Shown here: one piece after another, positions 56,128-64,000 of the stretch
How the letters are laid out: each line of letters begins with the position of its first letter
How positions within the stretch are numbered: the stretch's first letter is position 1
DNA from: an uncultured Pseudomonadota bacterium
GTDB lineage: Bacteria; SAR324; JACQKK01
DNA: 64,000 bases
Reading direction: 5' to 3'
Assembly: GCA_964583525.1 (NCBI GenBank)
Contig: CAZOXD010000001.1
Location: 47,572 to 111,571, forward strand
Translations under genes and position numbers: made by a program
Notes under the pieces: model-generated
Databases searched by the model: none
The model's input: the letters and a program-made list of their open reading frames with translations, nothing else
Told to the model about the DNA's origin: nothing

Positions 56128-56542
56128 TACTCATTCCCCCACTCATCCACCTACCACCATCTTTTTCTGATAGGCCATAAGCCAGTCACAGGAATAGCAG
56201 TTTGGCATGTTTGAAGGGTTTCCCCGGAAATTCCTGACAGGGAGCACAGGGGGGGGATCGAACAGAAACCCATAGAAAATCGACCCCATGATGCCGGCCC
56301 AATCCAGCCGGGATTGTGGCGTGATTGACACGCCCCGGCCGGGAACTGACCTGAGAAAACCAGCCCGGAGACCCTCCCAGGGAACCCAATTGCAAATCTA
56401 AATCTTTGGAATCAATGATGATTATGATCGGAATCACATTGGGGTCAACCTTTTGCATTCAGGGAGGAAGTATCGTGCTTTTGCAGCGATGGAAGGTTAT
56501 TTCGAATTGGAAATTCGTGAATTTGTCAACATTGAGGTGACC

Positions 56543-57250
56543 ATGAAATATCTCGTCCTTTTTCTTTCCGCCACATTGCTGTTGGTTGCAGGGTGCGCCA
56601 AGGATCGCGCGCCGAAAACCGGCGAGGCGCCCAGCAAACTGGCCGGCGTGAACGATCCCAACGGAGGCTGGTCCGTTCCTCCCGGACAATCCGAGGTAAC
56701 GGATCCCGGGTACAAGCCGGCTGAAGAGGGGGAGTTGAATCCTTATGAGCGGCCACAGAACCGCACAACCCCGGGGGCCAGCCGTGAAAACGGTGATGCC
56801 GTCAGCCGGATCAAGGAAGCGCAGGTAAAACCCCTGGTGCCGGCCTTTCCCGCACGGATGCGCCAGGAGCGGGTCAACGCCCTGCGCAGGATTCACTTCG
56901 GATTCGATAGATGGGATCTCAGCGATGCGGCCAAGGCCATCCTGAATGAAAACGCCCGCTGGCTCAAGGCCAATCCGGATGTGCGGGTACGCATCGAAGG
57001 GCATACCGACGAACGCGGTACCGGAGAATACAATCTGGCCCTGGGAGAACGGCGTGCCTTGAAGGTACGCGGGTATCTCATTTTCAAGGGGATCCCAGCC
57101 GAAAATCTGAAAACGGCCAGTTTTGGCGAGGAAATGCCCCTGGCCCCCGCCGCCGGCGAGGGCGCCTGGTCCATCAACCGGCGGGCCGAATTTAGCCGCG
57201 TGAAAAAGCCGAAGGTCTCCCGGATCGGCACCGGGCACTCTTCAGGCTGA
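56543..57250 (+). CDS. pal: Peptidoglycan-associated lipoprotein / OmpA-family lipoprotein
   Basis: Lipobox LVAGC; OmpA-like C-terminal domain (RIEGHTDERGTGEYNLALGERRA...NRRAEF). Confidence 0.7.
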   Translation: MKYLVLFLSATLLLVAGCAKDRAPKTGEAPSKLAGVNDPNGGWSVPPGQSEVTDPGYKPAEEGELNPYERPQNRTTPGASRENGDAVSRIKEAQVKPLVPAFPARMRQERVNALRRIHFGFDRWDLSDAAKAILNENARWLKANPDVRVRIEGHTDERGTGEYNLALGERRALKVRGYLIFKGIPAENLKTASFGEEMPLAPAAGEGAWSINRRAEFSRVKKPKVSRIGTGHSSG

Positions 57251-57556
57251 TCCCCGCTGCCCCGGCCTCCCTGCCGGCGCCTGCAATCGGATCCCATGGG
57301 AATGGGGCATCCGGGAAGGATGCCCCGCCCCCGGCTTGACTCTCCCCCGGTACTCGCTCGTTCCTTCCTTTCCCGCCTTCACGGACGGGGAAATCTACAG
57401 CCCGTCCACCAGTCCGGCCTTGGGTTCCCTCCCTGGAATTTCCGTCCGAATTCAGCGGTTCCAGCAGAATACAATAATATTGTAATTATCTGTTATAACT
57501 AATATAAAATATTTTAAAGAATTTATTAACGCAGAAGATGGTACTCGAAGCCGTTT

Positions 57557-59020
57557 TTACTGGAGCCGGGCCAGTTTCGCCTGAAGGGAACGGGCATTAG
57601 CCAGGTCTTTCCGGGCCTGAGGATGTTTGGGGTCCAGACGCAGTACCCGATCCCATTCCCGGATCGCGCCTTCCAGGTCTTCCTCCAGGAAGAGGGTCAC
57701 ACCCGTGATGTAGTGGACCTCGGCCTGTTGGTCCTTCAGTTTGCTCCGCACCCGCGCGAGGATCTTTTTGGTATCCTTGTATCCCGGCTCCACCCGGGAG
57801 AGGTATTTCATGGAGGCGATGTAATCCTTTTTCCGGTTTTGTAGTTTTCCTTCGGCATAATGGGATTTGTTGAACATCTCCCGCACCCTGGGATTGGCTG
57901 GGTCTTCCTCCAACGCCGATTCGGCGGCAATGGCGGCCTTGGCGAAATTCTTCTTTTTGTAGAGACCCTCGGCCTTCTTGATACTCCGGGCCGATTCCTG
58001 CTGGTCGTATTCCTTTTCCTGGGCTTGCGGCCCCGCGGACTCCTGCAACACGGCATCCGCACCGGTGCTTGTCCGAACCGCAGCAGCCCCTTGCGCCTTC
58101 GCAATCAGGGAGGATTTCGGTTGCGATTTGCTGGCGGGTTTCTTTTTCCGGGGCGTGGATTTTTTAACGGATGTTCGCTTTTTGGTTTTTGATTTGTCGG
58201 ATTCACCGGCTTTGCCGGGTTTGCCGGTTTTAATGGTAGCCGCCTTGGGTTCGGAGGCGCCCGGCTCTTCTTCGGGGATCACACCCACCATGATCGGCAA
58301 TCGAATGACCTCCCCCGGTTGCAGGGATCGCCGGCCCTTGGATTTGCCGAAGTAATCCACCAGGAAGGCCAGATCGGGGTCACCGTAGGTTTTCCGGGCG
58401 ATTTTACGGGCGGTGTCTCCCTTGCGCACCTTGTAATTCCGCAGGCTGCGGGAATTGAGGGTCTCCTTGACCATGACCAGGGATGCCTTGTGCTCCGGGT
58501 CGTAACTGAGGGTGCGCAGATATTCCTTGAAGGCCAGGCTGTAGGCCTTTTTTTTCAGGTATTTCCGGGCCTGCTGGAAATGACGGGTGGATCTTTTCCG
58601 GTTGTCGGAGCGTATGGCCTGGATCCGCATGCGGGCCTCGGCATCCCCTGATTTGAGGCTGGCCACTGCTTCCCACCGCACCAGGGCTCTCCCCCAGTTC
58701 TTGGCCTTGTCGTCGGCCTTGGCCAGGCGGCGGAAGCGCTCGCTGAGTCCGGAAAAGGGATCGCGGGGAATCTTCACCCGCAGGCGGGGAGGGGGTGGGG
58801 GCGAAGAGTGGCGCGATGCCAGCAAAATCCCCCCTCCCCGCAAATACCCCGGGGGGCTCGATTGGGATGATTCTCCCCGTTCCCCCGCCAGCGCGCCGTT
58901 CCAGGAAAGGCCGGTCAGGGGCAGGACGGCGAGCACAGAGAAAATGAGCAGCGAAAGAAGGCCCGCACCCCGAATTCCGGGATGGACGATTTCCGAATAT
59001 TTCCAGGGACGGCGGGTCAT
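57557..59020 (-). CDS. LysM-domain and TPR-like repeat protein with Lys-rich linker
   Basis: LysM (YKVRKGDTARKIARKTYGDPDLAFLVDYF) and C-terminal TPR-like helices. Confidence 0.55.
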   Translation of the reverse strand: MTRRPWKYSEIVHPGIRGAGLLSLLIFSVLAVLPLTGLSWNGALAGERGESSQSSPPGYLRGGGILLASRHSSPPPPPRLRVKIPRDPFSGLSERFRRLAKADDKAKNWGRALVRWEAVASLKSGDAEARMRIQAIRSDNRKRSTRHFQQARKYLKKKAYSLAFKEYLRTLSYDPEHKASLVMVKETLNSRSLRNYKVRKGDTARKIARKTYGDPDLAFLVDYFGKSKGRRSLQPGEVIRLPIMVGVIPEEEPGASEPKAATIKTGKPGKAGESDKSKTKKRTSVKKSTPRKKKPASKSQPKSSLIAKAQGAAAVRTSTGADAVLQESAGPQAQEKEYDQQESARSIKKAEGLYKKKNFAKAAIAAESALEEDPANPRVREMFNKSHYAEGKLQNRKKDYIASMKYLSRVEPGYKDTKKILARVRSKLKDQQAEVHYITGVTLFLEEDLEGAIREWDRVLRLDPKHPQARKDLANARSLQAKLARLQ

Positions 59021-60339
59021 CTCATAGTCCTGGAATTGTAGGTGGAAAGATTTTTGGCGAACTCCTTGAGAGAATATTCACCGTACACCATGGAGCGGAG
59101 CACCCTGTAATTGGAGATGAAGAAGGGGTTGGAGCCTCTCCGCACCGTAAAAGCAGCCCTGTACCCGAGTTTTTCGGCCAGGGCGGTGACCAGATGATTG
59201 GTCTCCCCGTAGGGGTAGGCCAGGAACTGGCATTTCTTGCCGATCTTTTTCTGGATCAAGACGCGGGAATCCTGCAATTCCTTCTCCACGATCTTGAAGT
59301 ATGCCTGGATGGTTTCGCCGGGTTGCATTTTCAGGCTGCGATGGGACCGCGAGTGGCACTGCACGTCGATCACCCCGCTCTTCTCGATTTTCCGCACCTG
59401 TTTCCAGGAGAGGGAGCGCTTCGCCGTTTCCACCAGGTCGGTATAGAGAAACAAGGTGGCCTTGAAACCGAACCGCTTCAGGATGGGCAGGGCGATATCG
59501 TAAGTGGAACGCCAGCCATCGTCGAAGGTGAGGACGACGGATTTTTCCGGTACCTGCCCCTCGAATTCCATGAATCGGACAAACTCTTCCAGGGAAATCA
59601 CCTGATAGCGATTGCGCTTCAGGTAGGCCATTTGCAGTTCGAAATCGGTCGCCATCACCGCCATCCGGGAGGCTTTGATCCGCGACAGGCGGTGGTAGGT
59701 GAGGATGGGGACAGTGCGGAAGCCGCGGTAGGTGAGGCTGCCCGGCTCGAAGACCTTGCGTGGAATCAATACGGCCCTGAAGGGCACGAGCGTAGGCAGA
59801 TCGTTGAACTCCTTGATGATCCACCCTTTCCCGGGGTCCTTCAGGTGCTGCTTGGCCAGGGATTCGAAGGTGTCGTGAATTCTGGGTACCACCCCCAGAA
59901 AGTTGCGGTAGCGCCGCACCTTGTAATCATAGGGGACATCGGCAACGACGGGGTAGATGTTGCGTTCGTTGCCCCGTCCGTCCAGGGCGATCAGATAGTA
60001 ATAATAGGTTTTACCGTTCCGCAAACCCTTGTGTATATAGGATGTCCCCCGGATTCCCTTGATCGGGTTCTTCCGGGCCGTGGCGATATCCGGGGACTGG
60101 GACCAGAAAAGCGTGTAGGATTTGGCGATGGAAAGGGACTGCCATTTGAGGTGAATTTTTCCCTTCACAGCCCAGGTACTAAATTCCGCCTGGGGTTTGG
60201 CGCTCCTTTTGGGGGTCCAGGGTTGCCCCTCCTTGGTGGGGCCGTCGGCGGAGGCGCATCCTTCCAGGATGAATAACAGCGCCACCGCAAGAGAGAACCA
60301 TGATAATTTGGACGGCATGGGACGGTTTCGTGGGATCAT
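59017..60339 (-). CDS. Polysaccharide deacetylase (NodB homology domain) with N-terminal FN3-like region
   Basis: VVLTFDDGWRSTYDIALPILKRFGFKATLFLY NodB motif; signal peptide. Confidence 0.7.
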   Translation of the reverse strand: MIPRNRPMPSKLSWFSLAVALLFILEGCASADGPTKEGQPWTPKRSAKPQAEFSTWAVKGKIHLKWQSLSIAKSYTLFWSQSPDIATARKNPIKGIRGTSYIHKGLRNGKTYYYYLIALDGRGNERNIYPVVADVPYDYKVRRYRNFLGVVPRIHDTFESLAKQHLKDPGKGWIIKEFNDLPTLVPFRAVLIPRKVFEPGSLTYRGFRTVPILTYHRLSRIKASRMAVMATDFELQMAYLKRNRYQVISLEEFVRFMEFEGQVPEKSVVLTFDDGWRSTYDIALPILKRFGFKATLFLYTDLVETAKRSLSWKQVRKIEKSGVIDVQCHSRSHRSLKMQPGETIQAYFKIVEKELQDSRVLIQKKIGKKCQFLAYPYGETNHLVTALAEKLGYRAAFTVRRGSNPFFISNYRVLRSMVYGEYSLKEFAKNLSTYNSRTMR

Positions 60340-62042
60340 GACTTGGACTTTCCTTTCCCGGATTTTTTCTCGCCGATATTGAATCCCATCACCTTGTACA
60401 CCTTGAGCGCCTCGCTTTTTCCCTTCACCTTTTGGGGGGGAAGGGCATGCACCTTCAGGCCGTTGCCCATGGCATCGAGCACCGACTGACTGATTACCGT
60501 TTCGCCGGAGCCCGCCAGACCGTTGATGCGGGAAGCCACGTTCACGCTGTCGCCAATGACGGTATATTCGATTTTGTCCTGGGAACCGATGTTCCCCGAG
60601 ACGACGGGCCCGGCGTTGATCCCGATGCCGACCTGGTTCAACACACCCTTCTTGTTCTTCCTCCCCGCTTCCGCAAATTCCACCTGCATTGCCATCGCGG
60701 CGCGCACCGCCTTTTCCGCATGGTCCTTGCTGTGGATGGGGACGCCGAAAACTCCCATTACCGCATCCCCGATAAACTTGTCCACATAACCGCCTTCCTC
60801 TTGAATATGGCGGGTGGCGATGTCGAAGTATTCATTGAGCGCCTCCACGACGGCTTCAGGCTTACGGCCTTCGGAATAGGAGGTAAACCCGCGGATGTCG
60901 GTGAAGAGCACCGAGGCGTTGCTGAGGCGTCCCTTCAGCCATGCGTTTTCCGGATCGGCCATGATCATGTCCAGCACTTCCGACCCCACGTACTTGCCGA
61001 AGGATTCCTGCATGAGTGCTTTTTTCAGCAATTCCCCGGACATGAAATTGAACGCGCTGGCCAGATCCCCCAACTCGTCGTTGCGGATTTTTTTGATCTT
61101 GAAGCGCAGATTGCCCAGGCCGATTTCCTGCGTGGCCATCACAAGATCGTAGATGGGCCTGGAAAAATTGGCGCCCATGAAAAGCGATACCATCACCCCA
61201 AGGATGATTACCAGCAGGCTCAACAGGATGATGTATATGGTTTCCCGAAGGATCTGTTCGTTAATGAAGTCCAGCGAAACGCCCACGCTGACGCTCCCCA
61301 GGTTCTTCTTCCGGAAGGTAATTTTGGTTGCGAGTTCCAGAATCTCCTTTTCCTCCGGATCGAAATAGCTGAAGTGAGAGATTTTCCCTTCCTTCACCAC
61401 CGGCGTTTTTCGTGTGAATTTCTCCCGTTTGCGCCGGATTTTGGATGGATCGGTATGGGCCTGCACCCTCCCTTTGCGATCAATGATGAGGGCGTACTCG
61501 ACCCCCTCGATACGGGAGGTCTCCTTGACCAGGGTGTTGAGTTGGAGAACGCTTTCGTTGAGCAGCGGAATGCGCGCGTTGTTGGCAATGTAGTTGAGGC
61601 TCACCTTTCCCATCTTCACGGTCTGGTCGTACAATTGCTCCCGCTGGCGGCCGAGAATCACAAAACTTAGCGTGAGAATGGTGAACCAAATGATGAAGAT
61701 CACCCCGATGGATAGCTTGGTTTTGATGGACAGGCGGAATCCAAAGCGCTTTTCGTCCGATTTTAATCCCCGGGTGCGAAGGTAGTTGTCCAAATCGTCG
61801 TCCAGGGAGGTCAGGCTCGATCCGTAGCGATGGTTGAACGCCGCCACGATATCCGCTTCGGTGGTGATTCCCATTTCCACCAGGGTGTGGCCAAGGCTGA
61901 GTTTGTTTTTGCGTTGCTGGCCGAGCGCCTTCCGGAGTTCTTTTTTGCTGAGAACCTTTTCTTCGAGCAGCACTTGCCCCAACTTCATGTGCTGGCGGGG
62001 CCGCGTTCCCGTGGATGGTTTTGATTTTTTGGATTTGGCCAT
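60336..62042 (-). CDS. Membrane-anchored class III adenylate/guanylate cyclase with N-terminal MshEN-like (T2SSE_N) domain and HAMP domain
   Basis: N-terminal KLGQVLLEEKVLSKKELRKALGQQ fits the 24-residue MshEN c-di-GMP-binding motif; TM segment; HAMP; cyclase core (FTDIRGFTSYSE...GDAVMGVFG). Confidence 0.7.
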   Translation of the reverse strand: MAKSKKSKPSTGTRPRQHMKLGQVLLEEKVLSKKELRKALGQQRKNKLSLGHTLVEMGITTEADIVAAFNHRYGSSLTSLDDDLDNYLRTRGLKSDEKRFGFRLSIKTKLSIGVIFIIWFTILTLSFVILGRQREQLYDQTVKMGKVSLNYIANNARIPLLNESVLQLNTLVKETSRIEGVEYALIIDRKGRVQAHTDPSKIRRKREKFTRKTPVVKEGKISHFSYFDPEEKEILELATKITFRKKNLGSVSVGVSLDFINEQILRETIYIILLSLLVIILGVMVSLFMGANFSRPIYDLVMATQEIGLGNLRFKIKKIRNDELGDLASAFNFMSGELLKKALMQESFGKYVGSEVLDMIMADPENAWLKGRLSNASVLFTDIRGFTSYSEGRKPEAVVEALNEYFDIATRHIQEEGGYVDKFIGDAVMGVFGVPIHSKDHAEKAVRAAMAMQVEFAEAGRKNKKGVLNQVGIGINAGPVVSGNIGSQDKIEYTVIGDSVNVASRINGLAGSGETVISQSVLDAMGNGLKVHALPPQKVKGKSEALKVYKVMGFNIGEKKSGKGKSKS

Positions 62043-62477
62043 GATTTTTCCTTGCCGGCCTCGCCTGAAATGCTACTCCGTTGCGGTGGATTTCCGAAGC
62101 GAGAGGAGGGGGGACCTTATCGCTGGAAACTCGCTAATGGACAACGAATTGACAATAGTCTCCCCGGCAGATTTGCCTGATTCGCCGGGAGCCGGATTTG
62201 AGGATGTCTGGGAATGGGTCGATTTGAATCGAATCTGTCATTCCAAGCGACAAAACGAACCTGGATTCCCTCCTCCTATCCCGTATTCGGATACAATACT
62301 GGTTTGAGAAGCATACCCAAACTTCTTGTGGGAGTCACCTCCCCCATAGAACTTGGCGTCGGAATTTCGTATCTTAAGAGCTGATAATATTTATGTTAAA
62401 TAACAATAAGATAGCATGACAACTCCTGACGCGAGGTTCTGCCATTTAGCACTTGGGCGGGACACCACCGGCCGCAG

Positions 62478-62520
62478 GTTGACAGGTCAATGATATTGAC
62501 AGGCCGGTGATATTGACATG
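62478..62520. promoter_or_regulatory. Palindrome TTGAC-AG-GTCAA followed by two direct repeats TGATATTGACA upstream of the thiolase-like gene
   Basis: Read directly in the AT-richer upstream region; candidate operator/promoter elements. Confidence 0.3.
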
Positions 62521-62650
62521 GGAAGGGCGGCTTCGTTATGGTTGCACAGTCGGCGATGATTATATCCTGCAATATCAGTTGTTTATCCAGAATGCCCGGC
62601 CCGGATTCCTTCCGGGCGGTTCCCGTTCAACCTCCGTTCAAGGCGCAACC

Positions 62651-63817
62651 ATGAGCTCCCGGCAGCCGGTCATCGTCAGCGTGGCCGATATCCCTCTGGA
62701 AAACGGGATGGTGACCCGGGGGGAAAACGTGCTGGAACTCCAAGCCCGCGCCGCCAAGGCCGCCCTGGAGGAAGCCGGCCTGACCCTCAAGAACGTGGAC
62801 GGGCTGCTGACGGCGGGCAGTTGGGGCATCCCCGGTCCCGGCAACATGATGACCCTTACCGTGAGCGAATACCTGGGCATCCAGCCCACGTTCATGGATG
62901 GCACCCAAATCGGGGGTTCCTCCTTCGAGGCCCATGCGGCTCATGCGGCCCTGGCCCTCCAGGCCGGATTTTGCACCGTGGCCCTGATCACGTACGGCAG
63001 CACCCAACGCTCCCTGCGCGAGCGTTCCATGGGTGCCCGGGGGCCGGGCCTGACGCTCCAGTTCGAGTCGCCCTACGGCCTGCCGAATCCGGTGGGGGCC
63101 TACGCCATGGCGGCCATGCGGCATATGCACCAGTACGGCACCAGCTCGGAGCAGTTGGCCGAAATCGCCGTGGCCACCCGCAAATGGGCCGCGCTCAACC
63201 CGGCGGCCACCATGCGCGATCCGATCACGGTGGAGGACGTGCTGGAAAGCCCAATGATCGCCGAGCCGCTGCACCTGCTGGACTGTTGCCTGATCACCGA
63301 TGGCGGCGGAGCGATGGTGATGACCACGGTCGAGCGTGCGAGGGACCTGAAGAAGCCGCCGCTGCATGTGCGCGGATACGGGGAGACCCTCACCCATGCC
63401 ACCATCTCCTCCATGCCGGACCTCACCCTCACCGGGGCGGCCACCAGCGGCCGGCGCGCCATGGAAATGGCCGGGGTCACCCATGGAGAGATCGACGTGG
63501 TGGAAATCTACGATTCGTTCACCATTACCGTGCTGCTGACCCTGGAGGCCCTGGGATTCTGCGGGAGGGGGGAAGGCGGCGCCTTCGTCTCCGGGCAACG
63601 CACGGTCCCCGGCGGGGACTTCCCCTTGAACACCAACGGCGGCGGGCTCTCCTGCTACCATCCGGGAATGTATGGGCTGTTCCTGCTGATCGAGGCGGCC
63701 CGCCAACTGTGGGGGGAATGCGGGGACCGTCAGGTGCCCGATGCCCGCATCGCCCTGGCCCACGGGACGGGCGGGGTGCTTTCCAGCTCCGTCACCTGCA
63801 TCCTCTCCCGGGAGTAA
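62651..63817 (+). CDS. Thiolase-like protein (SCP-x / nonspecific lipid-transfer-type thiolase family)
   Basis: Internal start MSSRQPVIVSVADIPL...; thiolase-fold motifs; followed by a DUF35-type partner. Confidence 0.65.
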   Translation: MSSRQPVIVSVADIPLENGMVTRGENVLELQARAAKAALEEAGLTLKNVDGLLTAGSWGIPGPGNMMTLTVSEYLGIQPTFMDGTQIGGSSFEAHAAHAALALQAGFCTVALITYGSTQRSLRERSMGARGPGLTLQFESPYGLPNPVGAYAMAAMRHMHQYGTSSEQLAEIAVATRKWAALNPAATMRDPITVEDVLESPMIAEPLHLLDCCLITDGGGAMVMTTVERARDLKKPPLHVRGYGETLTHATISSMPDLTLTGAATSGRRAMEMAGVTHGEIDVVEIYDSFTITVLLTLEALGFCGRGEGGAFVSGQRTVPGGDFPLNTNGGGLSCYHPGMYGLFLLIEAARQLWGECGDRQVPDARIALAHGTGGVLSSSVTCILSRE

Positions 63818-63876
63818 GGCGGGAAACAGGTGGGGGCGCATTCATACATCAACCATCATCCGGAATCGATCGCGCC

Positions 63877-64000
63877 ATGAGTTACGAAAAACCATTGCCC
63901 GTGATGAACGAAGAGTCGCGCCCCTTCTGGGAGGCCTGCCGGGAGGGCCGGCTGATGTTGCAGCGCTGCGGCGATTGCGGCGGGTACGTGTACTATCCCC
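63877..64000 (+). CDS. DUF35 / OB-fold zinc-ribbon protein (thiolase partner), partial at window end
   Basis: MSYEKPLPVMNEESRPFWEACREGRLMLQRCGDCGGYVYYP. Confidence 0.55.
   Translation, partial: MSYEKPLPVMNEESRPFWEACREGRLMLQRCGDCGGYVYYP

Larger units (their letters stand above)
12600..56400. mobile_element. Mu-like transposable prophage (~43 kb), divergent two-arm organisation around a central repressor/ner switch; ends not resolved
   Basis: Encodes a DDE transposase (MuA-like), MuB-like AAA+ ATPases, Ner-like and XRE repressor, DUF935 portal + Mu F, Mu-I protease/scaffold, GemA-like, lysis genes and a complete head/tail module. No tyrosine or serine integrase. Flanked by host metabolic genes on both sides. 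Boundaries approximate (left within 12346-12985, right within 56128-56542). Confidence 0.6.

Noticed and set aside
1-64000. CRISPR arrays, tRNA/rRNA genes, tyrosine/serine integrase
   Set aside because: No regularly spaced short direct repeats with unique spacers were seen. The repeats present are coding 66-bp and 15-bp tandem repeats. No tRNA-like cloverleaf candidates were recognised at the prophage junctions. No integrase-like ORF was found; a DDE transposase is present instead.

Overview
High-GC (~65%) bacterial window with three parts. (1) Positions 1-12.3 kb hold host anaerobic-metabolism genes: a UxaA-family dehydratase (partial), an MltB-like lytic transglycosylase, a MoaD/ThiS-like carrier, a HicA/HicB toxin-antitoxin pair, a tungsten-type aldehyde:ferredoxin oxidoreductase, a HIT protein, a GYD protein, and a two-ORF pyruvate:ferredoxin oxidoreductase whose N-terminal subunit carries a CBS-domain pair. 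(2) Positions ~12.6-56.4 kb are a ~43 kb Mu-like transposable prophage: DDE transposase MuA, two tandem MuB-like AAA+ ATPases, Ner-like and repressor genes, a Sim immunity protein, no tyrosine integrase. It is organised in two divergent arms around a central c/ner switch. The late arm reads leftward on the minus strand: holin, CHAP endolysin, TerS/TerL, portal fused to a Mu-F domain, Mu-I protease/scaffold, DUF2190, major capsid, head-tail genes, tail tube, tail chaperone with a canonical A_AAA_AAG -1 frameshift, tape measure, distal tail genes, a lipoprotein. The early arm reads rightward: Ner, a FliW homolog, MuA, MuB x2, MarR, GemA-like, an HTH protein, a second capsid paralog, ASCH, an SLT lysozyme, MazG, DUF1643, Gp37/Gp68. 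Unusual cargo: a 1003-aa GT4 + SAM-methyltransferase + GT2 fusion protein inside the structural module; a head-module protein with ~13 tandem 22-aa (66-bp) repeats; a phage-borne FliW; a duplicated capsid gene; duplicated MuB; two copies of a conserved ~65-bp structured intergenic element inside the late operon; AT-rich moron islets. (3) Positions 56.5-64 kb return to host genes: a Pal-like lipoprotein, a LysM/TPR protein, a polysaccharide deacetylase, a class III adenylate cyclase with an MshEN-like N-terminal domain, and a thiolase-like/DUF35 pair. No CRISPR array, rRNA or tRNA was recognised. Many long ORFs in the six-frame track are GC-driven antisense artefacts and are not reported. My own nucleotide indexing of the displayed text disagreed with track coordinates by one base at two places, so coordinates I derived by hand are approximate (+/-2 nt). 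Coordinates derived arithmetically from the track follow the track.
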